A DNA stretch of 64,000 bases from Sphingomonas sp. (GTDB lineage Bacteria > Pseudomonadota > Alphaproteobacteria > Sphingomonadales > Sphingomonadaceae). Of the stretch, positions 39,522-48,330 are shown piece after piece. How positions within the stretch are numbered: the stretch's first letter is position 1; every line of letters starts with the position of its first letter. The stretch lies in NCBI GenBank assembly GCA_019753375.1, contig JAIELC010000011.1:10096-74095 (forward strand), read 5' to 3'. A model generated the notes under the pieces. It saw nothing but the letters and a program-made list of their open reading frames with translations. It ran no database searches and was not told the DNA's origin. Both the position numbers and the translations under genes were made by a program.

Positions 39522-40250
39522 TCAGAACGGACTCAGCATGCCAAAGAAATGGCCGAGCCATCCCTGGCGGGCGGCTCGAGCGATATCGCCCTTGCCGTTG
39601 TAAACGATCTGGGCGTCGGCGACGCGGGTCGACGGCACGCGGTTTTCGGTATCGACATCGGCCATCCGCACGACGCCGCGTATCTGCACAAATTCATCGC
39701 CCTTGTTCAGCGTGATGCGCTTGGTCCCCTGCACCAGCATGGTGCCATTGGGGTAGACAGCGGCCACGGTCACACTGACCTGGCCCGACAACCGGTTGGA
39801 TTGATCGGCCGTGCCGGTGCCATTGAACCCGCGTGCGCCGCTGGCTGACGCGGCGTTCGGATCGAACGCAAACGGGCCGGTGCGCGGCGGGGTGATGCTG
39901 GCATTGCCGCTGCTGTCGAGCTTTGAGCTCGCCGATTTCGACGCAAAGGTGTTTTCGACCAGCAGGATGGTCAGCGGATCGCCGACCCGCTTGGCACGCC
40001 AGCCTTCGTACAGCGGGGCGTAACCCGTCGATGCCTGATAGATCGACCCCGTTGCCACCGGAGCCGGCGCCGGATCCGCCGGTGGCGGCGACGGTGGCAT
40101 CATGGTCGTGAAATCGGTCTTTGGCTTTTTGCTGCCGAACAGCCGCGCATCGGCCTGACCCGGCGCGCACAGCGCCGCGAGCAAGCCGGTTGCGGCAGCC
40201 GCCGATGCGAAACGCGCCCCTGCGCGGCGATCAGATGTTCTGATTGACAT
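39522..40250 (-). CDS. flgH: Flagellar L-ring protein
   Basis: VGDPLTI, PNG, STRVADA, GWL..FF...PF. Confidence 0.93.
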   Translation of the reverse strand: MSIRTSDRRAGARFASAAAATGLLAALCAPGQADARLFGSKKPKTDFTTMMPPSPPPADPAPAPVATGSIYQASTGYAPLYEGWRAKRVGDPLTILLVENTFASKSASSKLDSSGNASITPPRTGPFAFDPNAASASGARGFNGTGTADQSNRLSGQVSVTVAAVYPNGTMLVQGTKRITLNKGDEFVQIRGVVRMADVDTENRVPSTRVADAQIVYNGKGDIARAARQGWLGHFFGMLSPF

Positions 40251-41019
40251 ATTTCAGCATTTCATCGGTCGCGGTGATCATCTTTGAATTGACCTCGTAG
40301 GCGCGCTGCGTCTCAATCATGTCCACAAGCTCTTCAACGACATTTACGTTGGAACCTTCAAGCATTCCTTGCCGAATATTCCCGCGACCGTCCTGACCAG
40401 CGATGCCCAGGTTGACCGCGCCGCTTGCGGCGGTCTCGATGAGATAGTTGTCGCCCTTGGCCTGCAGGCCTGCGGCATTGGGAAAGATCGCGACCTGGAT
40501 CTGGCCGATTTGGCTCGGCTCGGTCTGGTTCGCGATCGTCGCCGACACGGTACCGTCGTTGCCGATTGTGATCGATGTCGCCCCTTCGGGCACCGTGATG
40601 CCCGGCTGGACCTGATAGCCTTCCGACGTCACCAGCAGGCCTTCGGCCGACCGCGAGAAATTGCCCGCCCGGGTATAGCCCAGCTGGCCACCCGGCAGCG
40701 TGACCTGAAAATAGCCATCGCCATCAAGCGCCAGGTCTAGCGAGTTACCCGTGGTCGCGAGCGATCCTTGCGTATCAATCCGCGCGGTGCCCTGAATCCG
40801 CACCCCGGTGCCGAGGTTGAGGCCAGTGGCATATTTGGTTTCGGACGTGCTGGCAGCCCCGGCCGCGGTAACCGTTTGATAGGCAAGCGTTTCAAACGCC
40901 GCCCGATCGCGTTTGTACCCGGTTGTATTAACGTTGGCGAGGTTGTTCGAAATGACGCGCATGCGCATGTCCTGGGCATCGAGCCCAGTCCGCGCGATGT
41001 GCATGGCGGCGTTACCCAT
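40231..41019 (-). CDS. flgG: Distal rod protein
   Basis: SNNLANVNTTGYK; LEGSNVNVVEELV. Confidence 0.96.
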   Translation of the reverse strand: MGNAAMHIARTGLDAQDMRMRVISNNLANVNTTGYKRDRAAFETLAYQTVTAAGAASTSETKYATGLNLGTGVRIQGTARIDTQGSLATTGNSLDLALDGDGYFQVTLPGGQLGYTRAGNFSRSAEGLLVTSEGYQVQPGITVPEGATSITIGNDGTVSATIANQTEPSQIGQIQVAIFPNAAGLQAKGDNYLIETAASGAVNLGIAGQDGRGNIRQGMLEGSNVNVVEELVDMIETQRAYEVNSKMITATDEMLKYVNQNI

Positions 41020-41031
41020 CGGTTAGCTCCC

Positions 41032-41775
41032 TCAACCCGGCAGCCGCATCAGCGATGCGGTGCTTTCATCCATTTGCTTGGCCTCTTTCACCAGATTGGC
41101 CTGCACTTCATATTCCCGCTGGTTCTGGATCATGTCGATCAACGACTGCGCCATATTGACGTTTGATGTTTCCAGCGCGCCGCTCTGCACCCGCGCATCG
41201 GCATCGGCCGGGAGGATCCCGTCCCCACGAACGTGGAGCAGGTTATCGAGGCCCTTGACGGTGTCCGACCCCTTGGTCGATGCCAGCTTCAACTGATCGA
41301 TCTGCTGGGGAACATTGGGATCGCCGCCAATCGGCACGATCGACAGCTGACCTTCCGCCGTGATGAACACTTTTTGCGCCGGCGGGACGGTGATCGGGCC
41401 GCTCTGGCCGATCACCGGATAGCCGTCGCCCGTCTGGAGCACCCCCGATGCGGTGATTTCCAGATCGCCGCGCCGGGTATAGGCTTCGGTGCCATCGGTC
41501 GCCTGCACCGCCAGCCAGGCATCGCCATCGATGGCAATGTCGAGCGGGCGGCCGGTGTGGTTGGTGATCCCGGGCGACCGATCGGCGTCGATGACTTCTT
41601 CCGATGTCGGCTGGCGCGTGTCGAAGCCTGGACCGGTGACGGCAAGCCGGTCGAACACGGCCCGGTCAGCCCGAAAGCCGGTTGTCGAGACGTTGGCCAT
41701 ATTGTTGGCGATCGCAGCCTGCGATGCCATATGGCCCTTCATCCCCGATGCCGCCGTATAGATCAGCTTATCCAT
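41032..41775 (-). CDS. flgF: Proximal rod protein
   Basis: MDKLIYTA..ANNMANVSTTGF; LETSNV. Confidence 0.94.
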   Translation of the reverse strand: MDKLIYTAASGMKGHMASQAAIANNMANVSTTGFRADRAVFDRLAVTGPGFDTRQPTSEEVIDADRSPGITNHTGRPLDIAIDGDAWLAVQATDGTEAYTRRGDLEITASGVLQTGDGYPVIGQSGPITVPPAQKVFITAEGQLSIVPIGGDPNVPQQIDQLKLASTKGSDTVKGLDNLLHVRGDGILPADADARVQSGALETSNVNMAQSLIDMIQNQREYEVQANLVKEAKQMDESTASLMRLPG

Positions 41776-41804
41776 TCACCCAGTCCTGTTCCTGCGTGCG
41801 TTAA

Positions 41805-43061
41805 TTAATTGATCTGGAAAATGGTTTGCGAGATCTGGCTGGCGGTATCGAGCGCCTTGGCGTTCGCCTGAAACGCGCGCTGCGCTGCAATCAGGCCGAC
41901 CAGTTCTTCGGTAATGTCGACATTCGACCGTTCGATCGTGCCCGACAGCAAGCCACCAAAGCCATTCTGGTTGGCTTCGCCGAGGATGGCGTCGCCCGAA
42001 ATGCCGGTCGATGACCAATAGCTGTTGCCCAGCTGGCGCAAGCCGGTGGGGTTGGCGAAGTTAGCGAGGACGACCTTGCCCAGCACTTGCGAATCGCCGT
42101 TCGAGAAGCTGGCGCGGACAAAGCCTTCGGTATCGACGGTCACGCCCTGCAGCAGGCCCACGGCAATCCCGTCCTGCGTCTTGGCGGTCACTTCGAACGA
42201 TCCCGATCCCTGCTTGGTCAGGGTACCGAAATTGAGCGACACCGGCTGCGGCGCGGCACCGTTGGTCGGGGTGAACGCGTCATAACTGGTCGCACCGACC
42301 GGCGAGGTGATCGCGCCGGTGGCATCAAAGCTGAGCGTAACCGGGGCGGTGGAACCGCCGACGGTCAGCTGCTGGTCGCCGACAAAGCTATACACACCCC
42401 AGGTGCTGGGGGTGCCGGTGCCGGTCCGGACGAAATAATTGGTCAGCGTCTGGGCATTGCCCGTCGAGTCATAAATGGTCGTCGAGGTGGCCGCGCTGTA
42501 GCTGCTGGGATCAAAGCGATCAAAGGTTGCGGTGGTCGGGATCGGCGCGGTCGCCGGCAGGCTGGCGGTGATCGAAACGTTGCCGGTCGGGACCGGATTG
42601 CCGCTGGTTGCCGGCAGTTTCAGCGCCACCGCGGAATCGAGCGTCGACGACACGACAGTGCCGTTGCCATCGACCGGATAGCCGAGCAGATGCCCGCCCT
42701 GCGCGTCGACGATGTAGCGATCGGCATCGACCAGAAAGGCGCCGTTGCGCGTGTAATTGACACCGACCTGATCGAGCTTGGGCTTGATCGCAAAAAAGCC
42801 ATCGCCCGAAATTGCGAGATCGATCGACGATTGCGACTGCACCAGATTGCCCTGGCTGAACTGCTGGCGATTGGCCTTGACGACCACGCCCGAGCCGATC
42901 TGCGAGGTCGGGTTTTGCGATACCGATGACGCGATCACGTCGGCGAATTCACTGCGGCTTTTTTTGAAGCCGTTGGTCGAGACGTTGGCAAGGTTATGCG
43001 AAATGACCGAGAGGTCGGTCTGGGCTGCCTGCAGGCCGCTGAGTGATGTGTAGAAAGACAT
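41805..43061 (-). CDS. flgE: Flagellar hook protein
   Basis: LSGL...HNLANVSTNGFK; SNVDITEELV. Confidence 0.95.
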   Translation of the reverse strand: MSFYTSLSGLQAAQTDLSVISHNLANVSTNGFKKSRSEFADVIASSVSQNPTSQIGSGVVVKANRQQFSQGNLVQSQSSIDLAISGDGFFAIKPKLDQVGVNYTRNGAFLVDADRYIVDAQGGHLLGYPVDGNGTVVSSTLDSAVALKLPATSGNPVPTGNVSITASLPATAPIPTTATFDRFDPSSYSAATSTTIYDSTGNAQTLTNYFVRTGTGTPSTWGVYSFVGDQQLTVGGSTAPVTLSFDATGAITSPVGATSYDAFTPTNGAAPQPVSLNFGTLTKQGSGSFEVTAKTQDGIAVGLLQGVTVDTEGFVRASFSNGDSQVLGKVVLANFANPTGLRQLGNSYWSSTGISGDAILGEANQNGFGGLLSGTIERSNVDITEELVGLIAAQRAFQANAKALDTASQISQTIFQIN

Positions 43062-43110
43062 GGTCGAAACTCCTGATCAAGACGGTCAATTGCGGTTATT
43101 CTGAACGGCC

Positions 43111-43806
43111 TCAGCCCACTTCGCGGACATCGGCTGCGGAAATCCGGCCAAGACCGGGGAGCGAAAGGATGGGCGACCCCGTGGCCGGGATCGATACCGA
43201 GGTGACCGGCGCCCACACCAGCGACTGGGCGGCAACCGCCTTGCCGGCATTGTTGGCGGCAACAACGACCTTGTACGGACCTGGACCGGCATCGGCGCCG
43301 CCATCGGTGATCCCGTCCCAGTCGAAGCTGGCGGTGCCCCTGGCCTGCGCGCCCAGCGAAATGGATTTCAGGATCGTCCCGTCGGGTGACTGGATCGACA
43401 GGCGAACATCGGTCGCGTCGCTGCCCAGCTCGACCGATCCGGCGATGCCGCCGGTCGTGCGCGGATAGGCAGTGTCGCCCGCGACAAGCACATTATGACC
43501 GACATAGCTGAGCGCATCGGCGGTGCCGGTGGCACTGCCCTTGGCGTTCAGCTGATCCTGGATCGCCTTCAGCGTGGTGTTGATATCGTTCAGCCCCGAA
43601 ACCTGCGAGAATTGCGCCAGCTGGGTAAGCTGCGCTGTCGCATCGACCGGATCGGTCGGATCCTGATTCTGGAGCTGTGCGGTCAGCAATTTGATGAAAT
43701 CTGACGAGGTCAGCGTATCGAGCTTGCTGGCTGTCTGAACCTGCGGCCCCGCATTGCTGCGATTAATGCCCAGGCTAGCCAGCGTCGAATCAAAGGAAGT
43801 CTGCAT
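43111..43806 (-). CDS. flgD: Hook capping protein
   Basis: FIKLLTAQLQNQDP; QLAQFS. Confidence 0.94.
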   Translation of the reverse strand: MQTSFDSTLASLGINRSNAGPQVQTASKLDTLTSSDFIKLLTAQLQNQDPTDPVDATAQLTQLAQFSQVSGLNDINTTLKAIQDQLNAKGSATGTADALSYVGHNVLVAGDTAYPRTTGGIAGSVELGSDATDVRLSIQSPDGTILKSISLGAQARGTASFDWDGITDGGADAGPGPYKVVVAANNAGKAVAAQSLVWAPVTSVSIPATGSPILSLPGLGRISAADVREVG

Positions 43807-43808
43807 GA

Positions 43809-44225
43809 TCAGCGTCCCAGTTTGAGGGTGTCGAGGATCAGCGTTTTTGCTGTCTGCATCACTTCGACATTGTTTTGGTAACTGCGCGCGGTCTCCATCA
43901 TGTCGACGAATTCGCGCGTTTCATCGACAGCGGCGTCAAAGACATTGCCGTCCTTGTCCGCGAGCGGGTTGGAAGGATCATAACGCTTGGTCGGTTCCTC
44001 GCCGGCGGTGACGATGCGTTCGACGTTGACGGTGGCGAGGCCCGATGCCTGATCGAATTGCGTGCGGAACACCGGCTTGAGCGAGCGATAGGCGCTGTCA
44101 GGGCTGCTTGCGACGACGCCGGCATTGGCCAGATTTGACGCCGTGGTGTTGAGCCGCACCAGCTGCGCAGACATTGCGCGCCCGGCCACATCAAAGATTG
44201 TCAGCGGGTGATCAGCCATGGTCAT
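43809..44225 (-). CDS. flgC: Proximal rod protein
   Basis: ASNLANA; YDPSNPLAD; RSYQNN. Confidence 0.94.
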   Translation of the reverse strand: MTMADHPLTIFDVAGRAMSAQLVRLNTTASNLANAGVVASSPDSAYRSLKPVFRTQFDQASGLATVNVERIVTAGEEPTKRYDPSNPLADKDGNVFDAAVDETREFVDMMETARSYQNNVEVMQTAKTLILDTLKLGR

Positions 44226-44575
44226 TCACCTCTCAGCGCGCGCGTGATCTGATTGATGCGCCCGTTCAGGAACGACAGCGTCGTCTGATACTGGACAGCA
44301 TTTTCGGCGAAGGCGGTCTGTTCGGTGGCCAGTTCGACCGTGTTGCCATCGAGCGATGGCTGGAGCGGGTTGCGAAACAGCGTCGCGGCCTGAATGGCGC
44401 TATCGCTCATCTCGCCCTGGGCTGACACGGCGTTCAGCGCCTTGGAAAAATCAATGTCCTTCGCCTTGAACCCGGGGGTCGATGCGTTGGCGATGTTCGA
44501 GGCAAGCACACCCATACGCTGCGAACGCACTTCGAGCGCCGCGCCGTGAATGCCAAAAAGAAGGTCGTTTGCCAC
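44222..44575 (-). CDS. flgB: Proximal rod protein
   Basis: NIANASTPGFKAKD; DGNTVE; GTG start after GGAG RBS. Confidence 0.93.
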   Translation of the reverse strand: MANDLLFGIHGAALEVRSQRMGVLASNIANASTPGFKAKDIDFSKALNAVSAQGEMSDSAIQAATLFRNPLQPSLDGNTVELATEQTAFAENAVQYQTTLSFLNGRINQITRALRGE

Positions 44576-44614
44576 CGTGGCAATCTCCACACCTATATGC
44601 CTGCGCGAATACCC

Positions 44615-44631
44615 AGCAATCTCCGTGCCAA
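44615..44631 (-). promoter_or_regulatory. Sigma54 promoter of the flgB operon
   Basis: Minus strand TTGGCACGGAGATTGCT (GG-N10-GC). Confidence 0.85.
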
Positions 44632-44683
44632 TTGTTGGCCGGGGATAAAAAAGCGGCGTAAATCGCGGATCGGTCAGACAAGG

Positions 44684-44730
44684 CGGCAAGAAATTGCCGG
44701 GCGGCGGCAAGGCTTGCCGGGCAATTGCCG
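44684..44730. promoter_or_regulatory. Tandem GGCAA/TTGCC palindromes, candidate enhancer sites
   Basis: CGGCAA-N4-TTGCCG, CGGCAA-N3-TTGCCG and GGCAATTGCC between two divergent sigma54 promoters. Confidence 0.55.
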
Positions 44731-44794
44731 GGCAGCGCCCCGCTGGGCCGTTACAATCACCGCTTTGCCCGGCAATCGCGCGGCCTGACGGCGG

Positions 44795-44811
44795 TTGGCC
44801 CGGCTTTTGCT
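44795..44811 (+). promoter_or_regulatory. Sigma54 promoter of the stator-like/flgA operon
   Basis: TTGGCCCGGCTTTTGCT (GG-N10-GC). Confidence 0.7.
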
Positions 44812-44820
44812 ACGCGGGCA

Positions 44821-45492
44821 ATGATGCAGACCGCGATCTCTTTTGCCATGCTGGCGCCCTTTGTCGATGCGACGGCAGTGACCATTGTCGTCGGCGGCAC
44901 CGCATTGGGCACGTTGCTGCGCAACCAGCTGGGCGATCTTGCCCGGTCGCTGGCGGCCCTGCGCGTGCTGCCCCGGCGCCAGTTTCGCGCCGACCCCCTG
45001 ATCGATCAGATCGCCGCATTTGGCCGCATCGCCAAACGCCACGGCGTGGTTGCGCTGGATCGATCGGTCATCAAGGACGCCGATCTTGCCGCGGTTGTTG
45101 CCGCCATTGTCGATGGATTCGATGCCGATGCGATCGCCGCCATCATGCGCGACCGGCGGCGGGCGCGCATCGAACGGCACAGCGCGGCAGCCGATGTCTG
45201 GGCGGGCGCCGCCGAACTGGCGCCTGCGATGGGCATGGTCGGCACGCTGATCGGCCTGGTGAAAATGTTCGCGGCGATGGATGATCCCGCCACCATTGGC
45301 GGCGCCATGGCGATTGCCCTGCTGGCCACGCTTTATGGCGCGCTGATCGGCAATCTGGTCGCGATGCCGATCGCCGCGCGCCTGCGTCGGCTCGCACGGC
45401 ACGAAGCCGTCGAGCGCCAGCGCCTCGAAGCGCCGTTAATTACCCTTGCGACCCGCGAGGCGCCCAAAATGCCTGCTCAGGTCGCGGCATGA
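44821..45492 (+). CDS. PomA/MotA-like stator A subunit (short)
   Basis: APAMGMVGTLIGLV..MDDP..IG.AMAIALLATLYG closely resembles PomA TM3-TM4. Confidence 0.85.
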   Translation: MMQTAISFAMLAPFVDATAVTIVVGGTALGTLLRNQLGDLARSLAALRVLPRRQFRADPLIDQIAAFGRIAKRHGVVALDRSVIKDADLAAVVAAIVDGFDADAIAAIMRDRRRARIERHSAAADVWAGAAELAPAMGMVGTLIGLVKMFAAMDDPATIGGAMAIALLATLYGALIGNLVAMPIAARLRRLARHEAVERQRLEAPLITLATREAPKMPAQVAA

Positions 45493-46073
45493 TGATCGCC
45501 GATCCGCACGATCTGGATGATTTCCCCGATGCGGCCGCCGCCCGGCCGCTCTGGTTGATCACGCTTGCCGACCTTGCCTTGTTGCTGGTCGGGTTTTTCG
45601 TGCTGATGCAGGCGCACCAATCAACCGATCGCCATGCCATTGCGGATGCCCTGCGCGTTACATTCGGCGGCAAACCACCCTCCCAGGCCCCCGCGCCTTT
45701 GCCGCTGGCGGCCGCCATGGTGACAGGCTTTGCGCCCGGTTCGAGCAGCTTGCCCGCCGCCGCACCGCAGATTTTGCCGTGGGTGAATGATGTTTCGCGC
45801 GATCCCCGTGTTATGCTGACGATAACCGGTGGTGTTGATGGCGGGACCGACGATGTCGACGCCGAAACCGGCAGCAGCACCTTGCTCGCCGCCGATCGCG
45901 CGCGCGCCGTGGCGGCAATGATCGCGCGGGAACGGCCCGGCGTGCGCATCGCCATTGCCGCTTCTGAAACCGATGGCCAGCACCGGCGCGCGGTGCTGGT
46001 GAGCCTTGGCTTTGCCGGCGACCGGCAGCCGATTGCCGGCCGGCAATCCCCTGCCGCTGCGCCACAACCCTGA
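45489..46073 (+). CDS. PomB/MotB-like stator B subunit with degenerate OmpA-like domain
   Basis: WLITLADLALLLVGFFVLM TM with conserved Asp; ATGA coupling to the upstream gene. Confidence 0.8.
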   Translation: MMIADPHDLDDFPDAAAARPLWLITLADLALLLVGFFVLMQAHQSTDRHAIADALRVTFGGKPPSQAPAPLPLAAAMVTGFAPGSSSLPAAAPQILPWVNDVSRDPRVMLTITGGVDGGTDDVDAETGSSTLLAADRARAVAAMIARERPGVRIAIAASETDGQHRRAVLVSLGFAGDRQPIAGRQSPAAAPQP

Positions 46074-46075
46074 TC

Positions 46076-46681
46076 ATGGAGACTATCATGCTTCGCCGCG
46101 TACCAGCGCCCCCAACATCGCCTAAACCCGCGCCGACCAGACTGGGCTCGATTGCCTTTTTATCGGCGCTCGCGCTGGCTTTGCCTGCCGCCGCGCAGAC
46201 GCGATTTCAGGACACAACGGCGATCGACACGGTCGTCGAGGGGTTTACCGGCCATCCAATCGGCGTTGAGGGTGGCGCCCGATCGGCCGTCGACAAGCGA
46301 TTGAAGCTGGCCGCGTGCCCAACGGTGGCGCTTGCCTGGCACGGCGCCAATCATGAGGCAGTGCTGGTCAGCTGCGGCAACCCCGGCTGGCGGCTGTTCG
46401 TTCCGCTCATCGCCTCCACCGCGCCCACGGCTCCGGCGCCAGCCCAAGCGGCTGCGGCGATCGCCGCTGCGCCCGCAAAGCGTGAGATCGTGATCAAACG
46501 CGGCGATCCCGTGACCATCGAAGTCAACGCGCAGGGATTTTCGATCGCGCGCGACGGTGTGGCGATGACCGATGCCGCCGCCGGCGCGCGGCTGCTGGTC
46601 AACGTTGATGGCCCCAGGAAGCCGGTTCAGGCGATTGCGCTGGAATCGGGCCGGGCAACACTGCCCGGCTGGGCACAATAA
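46076..46681 (+). CDS. flgA: P-ring formation chaperone FlgA
   Basis: DKRLKLAAC, WRLFVP, VIKRGDPV; position upstream of flgM. Confidence 0.85.
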   Translation: METIMLRRVPAPPTSPKPAPTRLGSIAFLSALALALPAAAQTRFQDTTAIDTVVEGFTGHPIGVEGGARSAVDKRLKLAACPTVALAWHGANHEAVLVSCGNPGWRLFVPLIASTAPTAPAPAQAAAAIAAAPAKREIVIKRGDPVTIEVNAQGFSIARDGVAMTDAAAGARLLVNVDGPRKPVQAIALESGRATLPGWAQ

Positions 46682-46688
46682 TTTTTTC

Positions 46689-46715
46689 TAAAGATTTTGC
46701 GCGGGCGGCCGTTTG
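46689..46715 (+). promoter_or_regulatory. Sigma28 promoter of flgM
   Basis: TAAA-N15-GCCGTTTG with canonical spacing. Confidence 0.65.
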
Positions 46716-46749
46716 TTCAACATGAGGGCATAAACCCAAGGGTGGATAC

Positions 46750-47040
46750 ATGGTCGAAGCAGTTGGTGCAAAGCCAGTAACGACGGTGGATCGGCGCGTT
46801 GCGCCGGTTGCGCCGAGCGTTGCCGTGGCGCCTGCACCAAAGCCGGTGCCGGAAGAAACATCGGGTGCAACCGCGTCGGCGATTGCCCGCGATCTGGCCG
46901 CTCAGGCGCCCGTCAATGCCGAGCGCGTGGCGCGGATCCGCAAGGCGATTGCCGAAGGGCGTTATCCAATCGCCCCCGAAACCGTGGCGGATCGGCTGAT
47001 CGCGCTCAAGCTGGAATGGAGCCCGCATGACCCGTCGTGA
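46750..47040 (+). CDS. flgM: Anti-sigma28 factor
   Basis: ERVARIRKAIAEGRYPI...ADRLI. Confidence 0.9.
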   Translation: MVEAVGAKPVTTVDRRVAPVAPSVAVAPAPKPVPEETSGATASAIARDLAAQAPVNAERVARIRKAIAEGRYPIAPETVADRLIALKLEWSPHDPS

Positions 47041-47341
47041 CGCCCTGATTCGCGTGATTGAGGCGCTCCACGCCGAGATCAACGCGCTCAAATCCAACGA
47101 CATTGCCGGGCTGGAGCGCGCAACCCAGACCAAGCTGGCCTGCATCGACGCCGTGGCGAGCGCGCCCGACAATGGGCCCTTGTCGTCCGAGGCGCGCCAG
47201 CTGGCCGAAGAAGCGCAGCGGCTGAACGAAACCTGCCGCATCTATGTGAACCTCATGGCGGCAAATGTTCGCCGCCGCCTGAACCAAATTGCCGGTCTGG
47301 ACGGCGCAGGCTACCGTCCGTCGATCACCGCTGTCGCGTAA
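47027..47341 (+). CDS. flgN: Flagellar export chaperone FlgN-like
   Basis: Small helical protein coupled to flgM; AQRLNE motif. Confidence 0.7.
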   Translation: MTRRDALIRVIEALHAEINALKSNDIAGLERATQTKLACIDAVASAPDNGPLSSEARQLAEEAQRLNETCRIYVNLMAANVRRRLNQIAGLDGAGYRPSITAVA

Positions 47342-47370
47342 ACGCCCGGTGCGCGGTCGTTAAGGTTAAT

Positions 47371-47387
47371 TTGGCATGATCTTTGCT
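47371..47387 (+). promoter_or_regulatory. Sigma54 promoter of the transglycosylase-flhA-fliA operon
   Basis: TTGGCATGATCTTTGCT (GG-N10-GC). Confidence 0.85.
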
Positions 47388-47424
47388 ATTCTGCCCCCTG
47401 TTAGGGGTAAAACAGTTGGGATCG

Positions 47425-48327
47425 ATGACCGTAAATCCGATCACGAATGGACAAATAGCGCCGCTGGGATCGATCCAGTCGGCGATCGCGCTGGCGAGCC
47501 AGAAGACCGGCATCAACTTCAATTACCTGCTCGGGCAGGCGCAGGTTGAAAGCGGTTTTCGCGCCAATGCCCGCGCCGCGACGTCGAGTGCATCGGGCCT
47601 GTACCAATTCATCGAACAAAGCTGGCTGTCGGTTGTCCGCAAGCACGGTGCCGAGCACGGGCTGGGTTGGGCAGCCGATTCGATCAAATTCGGCGCCAAT
47701 GGCCGGCTGACGGTCGACAATCCTCAGGTCCGGCAAGCAATTTTGGACCTGCGCAACGATCCGCAGACCGCGTCGCTGATGGCGGCCGAACATGCTGCCG
47801 ACAACAAGGTGGCAATCGAAGGGTCGCTGGGACGCAGCGCAACCGGCACCGATTTGTACATGGCGCATTTTCTGGGCCTTGGTGGTGCACGATCCTTTCT
47901 GAAGACATTATCGGCGAGCCCGGACCGGATCGGCGCATCCTTGTTCCCGGCTGCCGCGCGCGCCAACCGCAACATCTTTTACAACAGCGACGGCCAGCCC
48001 CGAACGGTGGCGGAAATCTATGACCGGTTCGCCGCCAAGCTTGATCGCGGGGCGGCAACCGCCGGCGCCACCGGGCTGGCCTCTGCCGATATCGGGGCAG
48101 CGCCGGCGCTGGCAGCGCTCACCGATACACCGTCACCGGGGTTTGATGATGCGCTGACGGTGATCCCCGGCAATGGCGAAGTGTCTGCGGCCAGCGCAAC
48201 CCGATGGGCGCAAACCACGCTCAACCAGATCAATGCCAGTCCCCGGTCACTCACCGATAGCGTTTTGCGCCCCGCGCCATCCATGGCCCGGCTTGCGTAC
48301 ATGATGCTCGCAAGCCTGGGTGCCTGA
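47425..48327 (+). CDS. Flagellum-associated lytic transglycosylase
   Basis: QVES catalytic Glu, SASGLYQFI, LYMAHFLG. Confidence 0.85.
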   Translation: MTVNPITNGQIAPLGSIQSAIALASQKTGINFNYLLGQAQVESGFRANARAATSSASGLYQFIEQSWLSVVRKHGAEHGLGWAADSIKFGANGRLTVDNPQVRQAILDLRNDPQTASLMAAEHAADNKVAIEGSLGRSATGTDLYMAHFLGLGGARSFLKTLSASPDRIGASLFPAAARANRNIFYNSDGQPRTVAEIYDRFAAKLDRGAATAGATGLASADIGAAPALAALTDTPSPGFDDALTVIPGNGEVSAASATRWAQTTLNQINASPRSLTDSVLRPAPSMARLAYMMLASLGA

Positions 48328-48330
48328 TCG

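Noticed and set aside
47360-47369. TTAAGGTTAA as a full CtrA box
   Set aside because: Half-site spacing is 2, not 7; at most a half-site
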